Shown here: positions 28,658 through 38,613 of the stretch, piece by piece
Layout of the letters: the number at the start of each line of letters is the position of its first letter
Numbering within the stretch: position 1 is the stretch's first letter
DNA from: an uncultured Bacilli bacterium
GTDB taxonomy: Bacteria > Bacillota_I > Bacilli_A > RF39 > UBA660
Direction of reading: 5' to 3'
Assembly: GCA_947598395.1 (NCBI GenBank)
Contig: CANQFG010000005.1
Span: 1-50,021 of the forward strand
DNA length: 50,021 bases
Made by a program: the position numbers and the translations under genes
Notes under the pieces: generated by a model
Told to the model about the DNA's origin: nothing
Seen by the model: only the letters and a program-made list of their open reading frames with translations
The model's database searches: none

Positions 28658-30496
28658 CTACGTTCCATAATAATTGGTAAGCAATATTCCTTGATTCTTT
28701 AAAATATTATAATTAGCTTTGGTCAAAAGGGCCCGATCATCTAACGTGACATCGCTGCCAGCAATATAAGTTCCATCGTCAAACCAGACGAAGTCATCGT
28801 GTTCATCGCCAAAGACATCCGTTCCCAAATAGTTATTGGCATCATACGTTATTCCCAACATATTTAAAAGTGTCGGCAAGATATCGGCCGTATCGAGAAT
28901 CGTCGTAATATCTTCATGCGCCACACTCGGACTCCAAATGATAAAAGGCGTATTTTGCAATTGTTTGCGGTTGTTCATGACTCCTTTTCTAATGGCAACA
29001 TATAGGGAATCCGAATAGCCATAGGAATAGTGGTCGGTTACTAAGACGAGAATCGTATCGTCTAAGAGATCGCGTTCCCGTAATTTATCGATGAGGATGC
29101 CAATAGCTTCGTCCGTATCATGAGCTAGACGCCGATATATGGCCTCCTCTTCCGGATAATCCCTCTCCCACGACGTATCGCCAATATCTTTATATACCTT
29201 ATTATCCTTTGTATATTCTAAATGGGCCGAATAAGTCGTATAAAAGGCCAAGAATTTTTTGCCATTCGTCATTAAATCGACAATCGTATCATCACTTAAG
29301 GCATTGGCATCGCGAAAGTAATTGACCTTCTTATTTAAAAGGCCACTCTTTTGCATATCGAGAAACGAATAATGATGATTATAGCCGAGTAACCGATGGA
29401 AGGACCCACGATTGTAAAAATCACTGGAATTAGCATGAAAGGAATTGACCGAATAGCCATTGCGGCTTAGGACATTGGCCAAGCTATAAGGATAGTCGAC
29501 ATCATCGATATCATATATCGTCTGCCGCGACGTTATCGCATACATGCCCGTATTACAGGCAAATTCGGAATTAATCGTCTGTCCCCCATTGAAGAACGGT
29601 GAATAACGATTTTGAAAATTGAGCCCTTCTTGCCTTAAGCGATAAATATTGGGCGTCGTCTTCTCATCGATGATCCACGAATCGATACTTTCCATCATGA
29701 TATAGATGACATTTTTATTCTTGAAGATTCCCGTATGGTCATTATCTAAATGATTGACGCCATAGATGCGATTATATTCGTCGATCTTATTTTTTATCGC
29801 CTTCTTATCGAGGGTAATGAGATTATAAAAATATTTATAAATCGAACGAAAAGTATATTCATAATAACCACTTATATACATCGAAGTATTGGGATTCGTA
29901 TAGTTAATATAGATATTTTTCGCATTGTAATTTTCTTCCCATGTAGCGTCGCTTTTTTCGCCGAGGGCCAGATAACTACTAAAGCGCGCGATAAAGATCA
30001 AGAAGACCATGATGGCAATATTTACTTTATTGATCTTATGATGCATCTTATTTTGACGATTGATCAAAACGACGATGATCGATATGGCAAGGGATATGGC
30101 ATTGGTAATGAGCATGCCAATATTTAAATTTAAGAAGATCGATTTAATATATTGAAAACCTTCACCGGCAATAAAGAGATCGGAAAGAATTAAAAATTTT
30201 CCCAATTGTTGAACATAGCATATTTGAGCAAAGAATAGTATATTCCAAGCTAGATTGATAAAAAAATAAGTCGCGATTTGATATTTGGATGGAATTAAAT
30301 AGATGAGCAATAAAAAGGCTAGAATCCATGATAAGGAAAATCCTACCCATATGAGTTCATAATTAATCGTATCAAAACCATAGAGATGCGGATTAAAAAG
30401 ACTCTTGGCATATAAGGACATATAAAAGGCCAAGGCAAATAGAGATATAAACATCAAACTATAATTTAAGATTATTCGTAATTTATCCTTTTTCAT
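28658..30496 (-). CDS. LTA synthase family (sulfatase-fold) membrane protein
   Basis: About 5 N-terminal TMs; NVIYIMMES, GGQTINSEF, FHAN..FYNR, SAH, DH, TPFIIW and DILPTLLNMLG. Confidence 0.9.
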   Translation of the reverse strand: MKKDKLRIILNYSLMFISLFALAFYMSLYAKSLFNPHLYGFDTINYELIWVGFSLSWILAFLLLIYLIPSKYQIATYFFINLAWNILFFAQICYVQQLGKFLILSDLFIAGEGFQYIKSIFLNLNIGMLITNAISLAISIIVVLINRQNKMHHKINKVNIAIMVFLIFIARFSSYLALGEKSDATWEENYNAKNIYINYTNPNTSMYISGYYEYTFRSIYKYFYNLITLDKKAIKNKIDEYNRIYGVNHLDNDHTGIFKNKNVIYIMMESIDSWIIDEKTTPNIYRLRQEGLNFQNRYSPFFNGGQTINSEFACNTGMYAITSRQTIYDIDDVDYPYSLANVLSRNGYSVNSFHANSSDFYNRGSFHRLLGYNHHYSFLDMQKSGLLNKKVNYFRDANALSDDTIVDLMTNGKKFLAFYTTYSAHLEYTKDNKVYKDIGDTSWERDYPEEEAIYRRLAHDTDEAIGILIDKLRERDLLDDTILVLVTDHYSYGYSDSLYVAIRKGVMNNRKQLQNTPFIIWSPSVAHEDITTILDTADILPTLLNMLGITYDANNYLGTDVFGDEHDDFVWFDDGTYIAGSDVTLDDRALLTKANYNILKNQGILLTNYYGT

Positions 30497-30511
30497 GGCT
30501 ATCCTCCTTTT

Positions 30512-31108
30512 CTAATCGATAATGCGGATACTTTTGATGATAAAGCGTTCATCTTCGGGAACTAAGCCATTGGCATCGGCATTTTTAGTAGCATCGACAA
30601 TGGCATCGACGTATTCCATACCACTAGTTACGTGACCAAAGGCGGAATAAGAGCCATCTAAGTAAGTAGAATCCTCTTGAACGATGAAGAATTGACTCGA
30701 GGCACTATCGTAGTCGGTTGCCCGGGCCATCGAAATAGTTCCACGCGTGTGCGAGATGTCATTTGGGACTCCATTGGCGGCAAATTCGCCCTTGATCGTC
30801 TTGCCCGAACCGCCCGTCGTATCGCCTAAGGGATCGCCTCCTTGAATCATGAATCCCCCGACGACGCGATGGAATGTTAGACCATCATAAAACTTTTGAT
30901 TGGCCAAATTGACAAAATTCGTAACCGTAATCGGTGCCGTATCGGCATCGAGTTCTAAGGCAATGGTTCCCAAATCTTGAACTTCGATAACGGCATTTAC
31001 TTTACCCGTCATGAGTTCACCTCCTCGACTTTTATTTTCTAACAGACACGATATTACGACGATGATGATGATGCCGAAAATGATCAAGGCCGATTTATTG
31101 AGTTTCAT
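30512..31108 (-). CDS. cyclophilin-type peptidyl-prolyl isomerase with N-terminal anchor
   Basis: APITVTNF, FYDGLTFHRVV.GFMIQGGDP, SHTRGTISMAR, SASSQFFI and LDGSYSAFG. Confidence 0.95.
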   Translation of the reverse strand: MKLNKSALIIFGIIIIVVISCLLENKSRGGELMTGKVNAVIEVQDLGTIALELDADTAPITVTNFVNLANQKFYDGLTFHRVVGGFMIQGGDPLGDTTGGSGKTIKGEFAANGVPNDISHTRGTISMARATDYDSASSQFFIVQEDSTYLDGSYSAFGHVTSGMEYVDAIVDATKNADANGLVPEDERFIIKSIRIID

Positions 31109-32450
31109 CTTTTCCTCCTAAGTACTTATCGATTTCTTCGGCTGCTTCTAAGGCTGCGCCCATCGCTTTAATAACCGTCGCCGAACCCGTAACGATATCG
31201 CCACCGGCAAAGATGCACGCGATATTAGTATGTCCTTTAGAAGTGACGATCTTATCATCTTCCGTCTTTATTTCGGTATTGTCGATGACAATTTTATTGG
31301 GATTAGTACCCAAAGCTTCGATGATGATATCGCCCTTTATTTGGGTATAATCATCGGGAATAATTTGATATTTGTCCCCGTCAATGCTGGTCTTCACGAC
31401 TTCTAAGCCCGTGACGCGATAGTCCGCATCCGTCAAAACTTTAGTAGGAAGGGTATTAAAGACGAGATCGATGCCTTCCTCTTTAGCATGCACTATTTCT
31501 TCGTGGCGCGCTTTTAAATGAGCTTCGTCGCGTCTGTAAACAATTTTAACTTCTAAGCCGAGGCGCCGCATACTGCGAGCCGCATCGAAGGCGACGTTGC
31601 CACCGCCGATGACTAGAGCAGTCGATCCACGCTTGATCGGCGTCGCCGAGTTCGGTTCATAAGCTTTCATCAAATTAATGCGCGTCAAGATCTCATTGGC
31701 CGAAAAGACGCCATTGGCATCTTCATTTTCCAAGCCCATAAATTTGGGCAAACCAGCTCCGGTTGCGATATAAATCGCGCGGTATTTTTTCCGCAAATCA
31801 TCCAACGTGAGCGTCTTGCCAATAAGGGTATTTAGTTTTAATTTAAGGCCATTTTGAACTAAATTATCGACACTTTTGTCGACGATTTCCTTTGGCAACC
31901 GAAATTCGGGAATGCCATAACGGAGGACCCCACCTGCTGCATGAAGAGCTTCAAACATCGTCACGTCATAGCCCTTGCTGAGCAAGGCTTGAGCACAGGC
32001 CAGACCACTAGGTCCCGAGCCAATAATGGCTACCGGAATATGATTATCCGATTCTTTCTTTAAAGGAAAGGCATTTTTCTTCAAAGCCCAGTCGCCGAGA
32101 AAACGCTCGAGAGCGCCAATCGCGATTGCCTCACCCCGAAGGCCCCGGACACACATCTTCTCGCATTGCTCCTCTTGGGGACAGACGCGACCACATATGC
32201 TTGCCAAAGTCGAAGAAGCGGCAATGATTTCATAAGCACCCTCTAAATCGTCATCTTTTAAAGCCGCGATAAATTTGGGAATTTGAATTTTGACCGGACA
32301 CCCCAAGACACAGCGCGGATTTGGACAATTTAGACAGCGACTAGCTTCCCTTTTGGCATCGGCTTCCGAAAAGCCCAAGTCGACTTCTTTAAAGGTTTTG
32401 ATGCGCTCGTTCGGATCGAGCTTTGTCGTCTTTACGCGTTCATTATTCAT
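31095..32450 (-). CDS. nfnB: NADPH-dependent oxidoreductase, GltD/SudA-like large subunit of NfnAB transhydrogenase
   Basis: EASRCLNC...C..GCP, CGRVCPQEEQCE..C, IIGSGPSGL, YGIPEFRLPK, GGGNVAFD and FAGGDIVTG. Start reassigned to MNNERV. Confidence 0.85.
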   Translation of the reverse strand: MNNERVKTTKLDPNERIKTFKEVDLGFSEADAKREASRCLNCPNPRCVLGCPVKIQIPKFIAALKDDDLEGAYEIIAASSTLASICGRVCPQEEQCEKMCVRGLRGEAIAIGALERFLGDWALKKNAFPLKKESDNHIPVAIIGSGPSGLACAQALLSKGYDVTMFEALHAAGGVLRYGIPEFRLPKEIVDKSVDNLVQNGLKLKLNTLIGKTLTLDDLRKKYRAIYIATGAGLPKFMGLENEDANGVFSANEILTRINLMKAYEPNSATPIKRGSTALVIGGGNVAFDAARSMRRLGLEVKIVYRRDEAHLKARHEEIVHAKEEGIDLVFNTLPTKVLTDADYRVTGLEVVKTSIDGDKYQIIPDDYTQIKGDIIIEALGTNPNKIVIDNTEIKTEDDKIVTSKGHTNIACIFAGGDIVTGSATVIKAMGAALEAAEEIDKYLGGKDETQ

Positions 32451-33285
32451 GATCATCACCATTTTGGGCCTTATAGGCAGCAAGTTTGACCCGCTCCTCT
32501 TCTCTATAAAGTTCCAAGCGCTTTTCGGCGGCAGCAAAATCGACTAAGTGCCCATCGAATTCCGGTCCATCGACACAGGCAAACTTAGCTTCGCCCCCGA
32601 CATTGACACGGCAGGCTCCACATAAGCCCGTTCCATCGACCATGATGGGATTCATGCTGACGATCGTCTTAATCTTATTTTCGCGCGTCATCTCCGATAC
32701 GCGTTCCATCATCTTCAAGGGACCGATTGCCAAGATAGCATCGAAATCTTCATTAAGATGATCTTTTAATATATCCGTTACAAAGCCCTTATTTTGATAA
32801 CTGCCATCGTCGGTCGTAATAATTACCTCATCGGCCACGGCGCGTAATTTATCCTCTAAGATAATTTGTTCGCGATTTTTAGCACCATAGATAATCGTCG
32901 GCTTGATGCCATGATTCATTAAAAATTTAGCTTGGGGATAGATGGCAGCAATGCCAATTCCCCCACCGACTAAGATGACCTTTTTCCCTTGATATTCCGA
33001 GACTCTATCGATCAAATACCCCGGTTTGCCCAAAGGTCCCGCAAGGCTAAAAAGGGTATCTTTGGCCTTCGTCAAATCCCAAGTCGAGGCCCCAACGACT
33101 TGATAGATAAGTTCAACTTTATCGTCATAGGCATCATAGATCGTCAAGGGAATGCGTTCACTTTTTTCATCGCGCATGACGATGACGAATTGCCCAGGCG
33201 CAAAGTGCTCGATAATTTCCGGTGCTTGAACGACCATCAAATAAATTCCCGATGCTATTTTTTCATTTTTGATAATTGCGTACAT
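32443..33285 (-). CDS. nfnA: ferredoxin-NADP reductase-like small subunit (SudB/NfnA)
   Basis: PGQFVIV, ERIPLTI, GPLG, GGGIGIA and SMNPIMVDGTGLCGACRV...FACVDGPEFDGH. Start MYAIIKN. Confidence 0.85.
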   Translation of the reverse strand: MYAIIKNEKIASGIYLMVVQAPEIIEHFAPGQFVIVMRDEKSERIPLTIYDAYDDKVELIYQVVGASTWDLTKAKDTLFSLAGPLGKPGYLIDRVSEYQGKKVILVGGGIGIAAIYPQAKFLMNHGIKPTIIYGAKNREQIILEDKLRAVADEVIITTDDGSYQNKGFVTDILKDHLNEDFDAILAIGPLKMMERVSEMTRENKIKTIVSMNPIMVDGTGLCGACRVNVGGEAKFACVDGPEFDGHLVDFAAAEKRLELYREEERVKLAAYKAQNGDDHE

Positions 33286-33339
33286 AATCTCACCTTTAAC
33301 TATTATATCATAAAGCAAGAAAAAAAGATGCACGCATCT

Positions 33340-33771
33340 TTATTCCATATCAACTTTATCTAAATCATCGATAATATCCGCTTGTTGATCTATTAAATTT
33401 CTAATTCGCCGTTTAAAGGTGATGATATTTCGCCGCATCCTAGCACTGTCGTTTTCCAATTGTTCCGCTTTTAAAAGGGCATCGTTGATAATGCGATTGG
33501 CATTCCGCTTGGCATCATTTATTATGGCATCACTTTCCACCATCGAAGATGTATTTAACTTACTAGCTGCTTCATTGGCCAAGTTAATCGCCCGATTAAG
33601 TGTTGTTTCCATATCCTTATAATGCTCTAATTCTTTGCGTAAATGTTCAATTTCTCGATCTTTTTGCTTCATCTTATCGATCATTTCATCGACATTTTTT
33701 ACGACATCATCGACAAAGGAGTTTACTTGGTGAACATTATAACCATTTAAGCTTTTATCAAACTTCCTCAT
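33340..33771 (-). CDS. divIVA: DivIVA family protein
   Basis: FDKSLNGYNVHQVNSFVD followed by coiled coils; next to sepF. Confidence 0.85.
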   Translation of the reverse strand: MRKFDKSLNGYNVHQVNSFVDDVVKNVDEMIDKMKQKDREIEHLRKELEHYKDMETTLNRAINLANEAASKLNTSSMVESDAIINDAKRNANRIINDALLKAEQLENDSARMRRNIITFKRRIRNLIDQQADIIDDLDKVDME

Positions 33772-33794
33772 TATCTCACCTCAAACAAGTTGTC

Positions 33795-34193
33795 TTAAAA
33801 ATCTATTTCATCTTCAATTTTCGATTTATTCTTCTTATCGCTTTCTTCGTCACTTATGCGGCCTTCGACATCGACATTCTTGGGAGTACATAGATAAATA
33901 CCATTACCTAATTTTTGTAAATCGCCGCCAATGGCATAAAGAGTTCCACTCAAAAAGTCAATGATGCGCTTCGCTTGATCAGCCGTTACGCGCTTTAAAT
34001 TGACGACGACGGAATTTCTTCGCTTTAAATGATCGGCAATTTGTTGTGATTCCGAATATGCTCGTGGTTCGACGAGAATCATTTTACCGGATTTGCCGGC
34101 TGTACTTTTATCGGTATCATATGCTTCATTCTCGACGTCTCTTCCCTCATCATTAGCCGGAAATAAGGCTTTTTTTAATGACTCTAAAGCCAT
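33795..34193 (-). CDS. sepF: cell division protein SepF
   Basis: [16 protein letters not shown]...VVVNL...[16 protein letters not shown]...IYLCTP. Start MALES after a GGAGGT RBS. Confidence 0.93.
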   Translation of the reverse strand: MALESLKKALFPANDEGRDVENEAYDTDKSTAGKSGKMILVEPRAYSESQQIADHLKRRNSVVVNLKRVTADQAKRIIDFLSGTLYAIGGDLQKLGNGIYLCTPKNVDVEGRISDEESDKKNKSKIEDEIDF

Positions 34194-34269
34194 ACGAAAC
34201 ACCTCCATATGTTTACTATCACTATAATATCATACTTTTAACTTTTTAAGTAACTTTTTTTCACGTTTT

Positions 34270-35637
34270 TTAAAATTTTATTGCTTCTTCGATCATCTTA
34301 AGAGCTTCTTCAATCGTTACGCGTTGTTGTTCCATCGTATCGCGGAAGCGAATCGTGACCGTTTGATTCTCCAAAGTCTCATCATCGATTGTTAGACAGA
34401 AAGGGGTTCCAACGGCATCGGCCCGGCGATAACGCTTGCCAATATTGCCCGCATCATCATAGGAAGTCATGAAATATTGACGGCATTTTTCATAGATGGC
34501 CATGGCTTCACTAGCATGATTCTTTTTAATCAAGGGAAGGACGGCTACTTTATATGGGGCAAGGACCGGCTTTAGCTTTAAGACGAGGCGCGTATCCCCA
34601 TTTTCCAAAGTTTCTTCAGTTAAGGCTTCATTTAAAAGGGCTAAAACGGTGCGATCGAGGCCATATGTCGATTCGACGATATAGGGAACATATTTTTCGT
34701 TGGTCTCAGGATCCAAATAAGTTTGGGCAACTCCCGAATATTCTTGATGACGCGTTAGATCATAATCCGTTCGATTATGCGTACCATTGATCTCGCCCCA
34801 TCCAAAGACGAATTCGTATTCGATATCACAAGCCGCTTTGGCATAGAAAGCCAATTTTTCATGATCGTGAAAACGCAGTTTTTCTTCCGGTAGACCTAAA
34901 TCCATAAAGAAATGTTTGCCATAATCTTTAAAGTAGTCATATAATTCCATATCATTGCCTTCCTTACAGAAAGTTTGATATTCCATTTGTTCAAATTCGA
35001 TAGTTCGGAACGTAAAATTACCCGGCGTTATCTCATTGCGGAAAGCTTTACCGATTTGGCCGATCGAAAACGGAAGTTTAGCCCGCATCGTTCGAGCAAC
35101 ATTTAAGAAATTGACGTATTCACCTTGGGCATTTTCGGGACGCAAATAAATCTTATTCTTGGCATCTTTAATGACTCCCCTTTGGGTTTCAAACATCAAA
35201 TTAAATTCCCGGATATCCGTATATTCCGTATGACCACATTTAGGGCATGGAATCTTTTTCTCGCGAATATAGGCAATTAGTTCATCGTTGGTCATACCAT
35301 CGGCATGCGCATTGGGATCGAAATCATTTATCAAGTTATCAGCTCTATGCCGCATCTTACAATGTTTACAGTCGATTAAAGGATCCGAAAAAGAGGCGAC
35401 ATGACCCGATGCTTCCCAGACCCGCGGATGCATTAAAATATCGGCATCGACTTCATAGGCATTAGTGCGCTCTTGAATAAAGCGCTTGCGCCAACAATCC
35501 TTGACATTATTTTTTAAACGACTTCCCAAAGGACCATAGTCCCAAGTATTGGCAAGTCCTCCATATATTTCACTTCCTTGAAATATAAAACCATATTGTT
35601 TAGCATAATTGACTAACTCATCCATATTTTTAATCAT
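34270..35637 (-). CDS. glyQS: glycine--tRNA ligase (alpha2 type)
   Basis: GSEIYGG.ANTWDYGPLG, VWEASGH, LRPE.AQG, GKAFRNEITPGNF.FR..EFEQME and GNIGKRYRR.D.VGTP. Confidence 0.96.
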   Translation of the reverse strand: MIKNMDELVNYAKQYGFIFQGSEIYGGLANTWDYGPLGSRLKNNVKDCWRKRFIQERTNAYEVDADILMHPRVWEASGHVASFSDPLIDCKHCKMRHRADNLINDFDPNAHADGMTNDELIAYIREKKIPCPKCGHTEYTDIREFNLMFETQRGVIKDAKNKIYLRPENAQGEYVNFLNVARTMRAKLPFSIGQIGKAFRNEITPGNFTFRTIEFEQMEYQTFCKEGNDMELYDYFKDYGKHFFMDLGLPEEKLRFHDHEKLAFYAKAACDIEYEFVFGWGEINGTHNRTDYDLTRHQEYSGVAQTYLDPETNEKYVPYIVESTYGLDRTVLALLNEALTEETLENGDTRLVLKLKPVLAPYKVAVLPLIKKNHASEAMAIYEKCRQYFMTSYDDAGNIGKRYRRADAVGTPFCLTIDDETLENQTVTIRFRDTMEQQRVTIEEALKMIEEAIKF

Positions 35638-36190
35638 CTTCATCTTTCCTTTCATTATCTAAATGATTTAAATAAATTTTTAATCCCGCCATATCCGTAA
35701 CGATATCAAATAATTTTAATTCTTGAGCTGTAATAAATTTATTCTTATAGGCATCTTTTAAGAATTTAATAATGGGACTAAAATAATGGTTATAGTTATA
35801 AAGGATAATTCGCATGGACCGTTGGCGAATGCGAATTTCATCTAAAAAAGTCATCATCTCGGCCAAAGTAGAAATTCCTCCGGGCAATATAACCACCAAT
35901 TCACTTGTCTTATAGATTTTTTCCATGCGTTGCATAGCCGAAGTAACGACATCATAAGCATCGATCTCCAAATTGTTTAAATTGTCCGTATCCTTAATAT
36001 CGACGATTGCTTTCGTATGAGCTCCCTCATATTTAAACGTCATATAGCTTTTTCCCATCATGCCCGTTTCATAGCCATCAAAGACTAACTTATGGCCCCT
36101 TTTGGCTAGTTCAAAAGCTACTTCCGAAGCTAACTCGCGATATTCTAAGGGAATATAATCCCGATTAGAACAAGCAATATATACTCGCAT
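35630..36190 (-). CDS. LOG family (lysine-decarboxylase-like nucleotide-binding) protein
   Basis: GMMG, R and VILPGGISTLAEM motifs. Start reassigned to MRVYIACS after a GGAGGTG RBS. Confidence 0.85.
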   Translation of the reverse strand: MRVYIACSNRDYIPLEYRELASEVAFELAKRGHKLVFDGYETGMMGKSYMTFKYEGAHTKAIVDIKDTDNLNNLEIDAYDVVTSAMQRMEKIYKTSELVVILPGGISTLAEMMTFLDEIRIRQRSMRIILYNYNHYFSPIIKFLKDAYKNKFITAQELKLFDIVTDMAGLKIYLNHLDNERKDEDD

Positions 36191-36194
36191 CTTA

Positions 36195-36320
36195 CACCTC
36201 CAAAGACAAATAAAAGACCAAATTGTATGGGCGTATTTTGTACTACGCTGTTCCACCATACTTTGGTCTTTGTTTATAAACATATAGCTCGAGGCTTGCC
36301 ACACCCGTCATCACTTCATA
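36195..36320 (-). promoter_or_regulatory. T-box riboswitch-like leader (Gly), miniature
   Basis: Antiterminator GTATGG-[TGGAACA]-GCGTA-loop-TACGC-CCATAC at 36225-36261; GGC at 36298-36300; upstream of the LOG-glyQS operon. Confidence 0.7.
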
Positions 36321-36325
36321 AGAGC

Positions 36326-36354
36326 ATTATATTATTTTTTTGATATTTTCGCAA
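36326..36354 (-). promoter_or_regulatory. sigmaA promoter of LOG-glyQS
   Basis: TTGCGA-17 bp-TATAAT. Confidence 0.75.
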
Positions 36355-36387
36355 GATATTTTAACTAAGTTATTTAAGTTTCTTGCT

Positions 36388-38172
36388 TTAATTAGATGGT
36401 GCTAAGACTATGCGGAAACCAGCATCGCCATTGACTGCACCAACATATCTATTAAAATAAAATTGTCCAGCTACAACTCCGTGTAGGTATGCACCGCCTC
36501 GAGCAAACCAAGGTAAAATATCATCAGCTAAATATGACCAGTCAGCATACCAACGATTGTGCCATCTGTTTTCATTATCTTCATCTTCATAATTATCAAA
36601 TGGGCCCATCTCTCCGGTGGCGTCACCAAGAATCATTTTATCGTATGAATTAAGTTTGATTTCTTTATCATATACATCAAAATATTTTTCATCTATTGTC
36701 TTCAATTCGTCTTTGCTAAAAGTACTTTTATCTTTTTCAGATTCTGGCACATAAGCGGCTACGTATTCCCCAGAACCGCCGGACATATCATATACTCCAG
36801 TCGTATTCCCCGTGGTACTTGCTGTAACTCCATTTTCTGTATTCCATGCTGTGTTAAATGGTACCCCATCTCCTAAAACGCCCAAATATTTACTTTGATC
36901 AGCTGTTGGTAAAGCGGCATATCCGGTTTTTAGTTGATTATTGTTATTAATTGTTACTTCTTTATTTATTCCAAATATTGAGTGACTTAAATATGCTACT
37001 GCTCCCCATTCCGTATTTTTCATCATATGTGATTGTAAATTTTCTTCGTATCCTTTTGCGGCATTAAACATATTCTTTACTGTTAAATTACACCATGAAT
37101 AAACATCTGGTTTTATTATTATATGACTAGTTTCGCTATTGTCTTGTTGGGCACCAGCTTTACTTTGAGCATCTTTATATCCCGTTTCAAATTTGCCAAC
37201 CCAGAAACCATCAACATCAAATGATTTAAATGCGGGATGTGTCATATATTCCCCATTAGAACAATTTCCAATTTTTCCACTTTCCATTGGCGTTGCACAA
37301 GAAACACCATCTATATCAGTTGTATCTTCAGTATCAAATTCTATTTCTATGGAATGAACTGTATATAATGGATCTTCAACTCCAACATTCCATAATCTAT
37401 ATTTATATTTTGGTATCCACACAAACATTGCTTCGATATCGTCCATATTTATTTGTTGGTCGTCATCATAACTTTTTAATGGTTCACTTTTTAAAATAAC
37501 GGCATTTGCCCATTTTTTATTACAGTAATCATACCAATCTTCATTAGCTTTATTTACCTTCGTAACATTTCCATTTTCATCGATTGTTACTGGAATTAAT
37601 TTTCCATTAGTTCCTAAATTAGGCTTTGCAACATTATTACATGAATCTTCAGCAATATACTCGTTTGCTTCTTCTTCTCTTTCTGTTGGTGTTACCGTTA
37701 AACTACATTTAAATTTTTCTTCTATATCTTTAGTACTTACTTTCTTTAACTCTACTGTTATTGTCCCCTTCCGACTCTCTTGAGCTTTTATTGTTAAACT
37801 TGCAGGACTTGGCGTTATTTCCGTATATTCACTGGTTTGAGTTTCAGATACATTTCCACCTGACTCTAGTCTTTCACAATTAATTGCTACTTCCGCATCA
37901 TATTGTTTGCTATTGTTCATTACTTGATATTCTAAAATACTTCGATCTCCTTGTTTACTTAAATCTTTTGTTGTAAATGTTATGCTTTTTTTAGTACCTT
38001 CATCAATATACTCATTATGGACTACACCATCAAGTATAGCTTCACTAAAGTATACACCAAATTCATCACTATCATATCCATAATTGATTGTTCCATTTAT
38101 TACTAGTGATGTGGTTACAGCTGCAAATCCTATACTCATTAAGATTAATGCTATTATTATTCCTTTTTTCAT
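36388..38172 (-). CDS. exported CLec/FGE-sulfatase-like protein (paralogue C)
   Basis: Closely similar to paralogue A along its length, with the same motifs; ends PWFARGG...GFRIVLAPSN. Confidence 0.8.
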   Translation of the reverse strand: MKKGIIIALILMSIGFAAVTTSLVINGTINYGYDSDEFGVYFSEAILDGVVHNEYIDEGTKKSITFTTKDLSKQGDRSILEYQVMNNSKQYDAEVAINCERLESGGNVSETQTSEYTEITPSPASLTIKAQESRKGTITVELKKVSTKDIEEKFKCSLTVTPTEREEEANEYIAEDSCNNVAKPNLGTNGKLIPVTIDENGNVTKVNKANEDWYDYCNKKWANAVILKSEPLKSYDDDQQINMDDIEAMFVWIPKYKYRLWNVGVEDPLYTVHSIEIEFDTEDTTDIDGVSCATPMESGKIGNCSNGEYMTHPAFKSFDVDGFWVGKFETGYKDAQSKAGAQQDNSETSHIIIKPDVYSWCNLTVKNMFNAAKGYEENLQSHMMKNTEWGAVAYLSHSIFGINKEVTINNNNQLKTGYAALPTADQSKYLGVLGDGVPFNTAWNTENGVTASTTGNTTGVYDMSGGSGEYVAAYVPESEKDKSTFSKDELKTIDEKYFDVYDKEIKLNSYDKMILGDATGEMGPFDNYEDEDNENRWHNRWYADWSYLADDILPWFARGGAYLHGVVAGQFYFNRYVGAVNGDAGFRIVLAPSN

Positions 38173-38231
38173 GTCAATCTCTGCTCCTATTTTCCATTTT
38201 CTTTATTGTATTGCACCCCCCCCCAGTTGCA
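38170..38231 (-). repeat. conserved promoter/leader element, copy 3 (G9)
   Basis: Same as copy 1 except one substitution and one extra G. Confidence 0.95.
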
Positions 38232-38272
38232 TTTTTTTGACAAAGATAACCTACTTATGTTAATATGTATTT

Positions 38273-38386
38273 AGCAAAGGTTTTTGCATAAAATAAAAAG
38301 AGGAACATTTAGTTTAGCAAGTGAATGTCACCTCCAGAATTTGGATGATTGACACTCTATCAAAGCTATAGAGTGTCTATTTTTTT
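38273..38386 (+). ncRNA. putative antisense (antitoxin) sRNA; 5' end approximate
   Basis: TTGACA (38237-42), 18 bp, then TG-n-TAATAT promoter on +; ends in the GACACTCTAT/ATAGAGTGTC hairpin plus T run; convergent with the small hydrophobic ORF. Confidence 0.55.
38351..38386 (+). terminator. perfect 10-bp stem terminator overlapping the small-ORF stop
   Basis: GACACTCTAT-CAAAGCT-ATAGAGTGTC-TATTTTTTT. Confidence 0.8.
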
Positions 38387-38469
38387 ATCGCTAACACCAA
38401 TAAGGTAGATAGTAATAAGATGATAGAAATGAGCTTGAGAACTCTAATAATAAAATTCTTAGTTTTCAT
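38377..38469 (-). CDS. 30-aa hydrophobic peptide, putative type I toxin
   Basis: MKTKNFIIRVLKLISIILLLSTLLVLAIKK; AAGGGGGT RBS 8 nt upstream; below the ORF-track cutoff. Confidence 0.7.
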   Translation of the reverse strand: MKTKNFIIRVLKLISIILLLSTLLVLAIKK

Positions 38470-38533
38470 CAATATCTACCCCCTTTCTTTTAAAAGATTG
38501 GAGGTGACACTCACGCTAAATGTTCCTTAAGTA

Positions 38534-38562
38534 ATTATATAAAACATTTGTTTGTATGACAA
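38534..38562 (-). promoter_or_regulatory. sigmaA promoter of the small peptide gene
   Basis: TTGTCA-17 bp-TATAAT. Confidence 0.8.
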
Positions 38563-38613
38563 TATGTTTTTTTATTTTATATAAAATTAAATTTATTTCA
38601 CAATCTAAAAATT

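Noticed and set aside
31095-32450. Glutamate synthase
   Set aside because: There is no large GltB subunit, and pairing with the upstream FNR-like gene indicates NfnAB/SudAB.
38232-38613. Intergenic region as a DGR template repeat
   Set aside because: No similarity to the CLec 3' ends; it is explained by the small-peptide/antisense locus. I found no template repeat elsewhere in the window.
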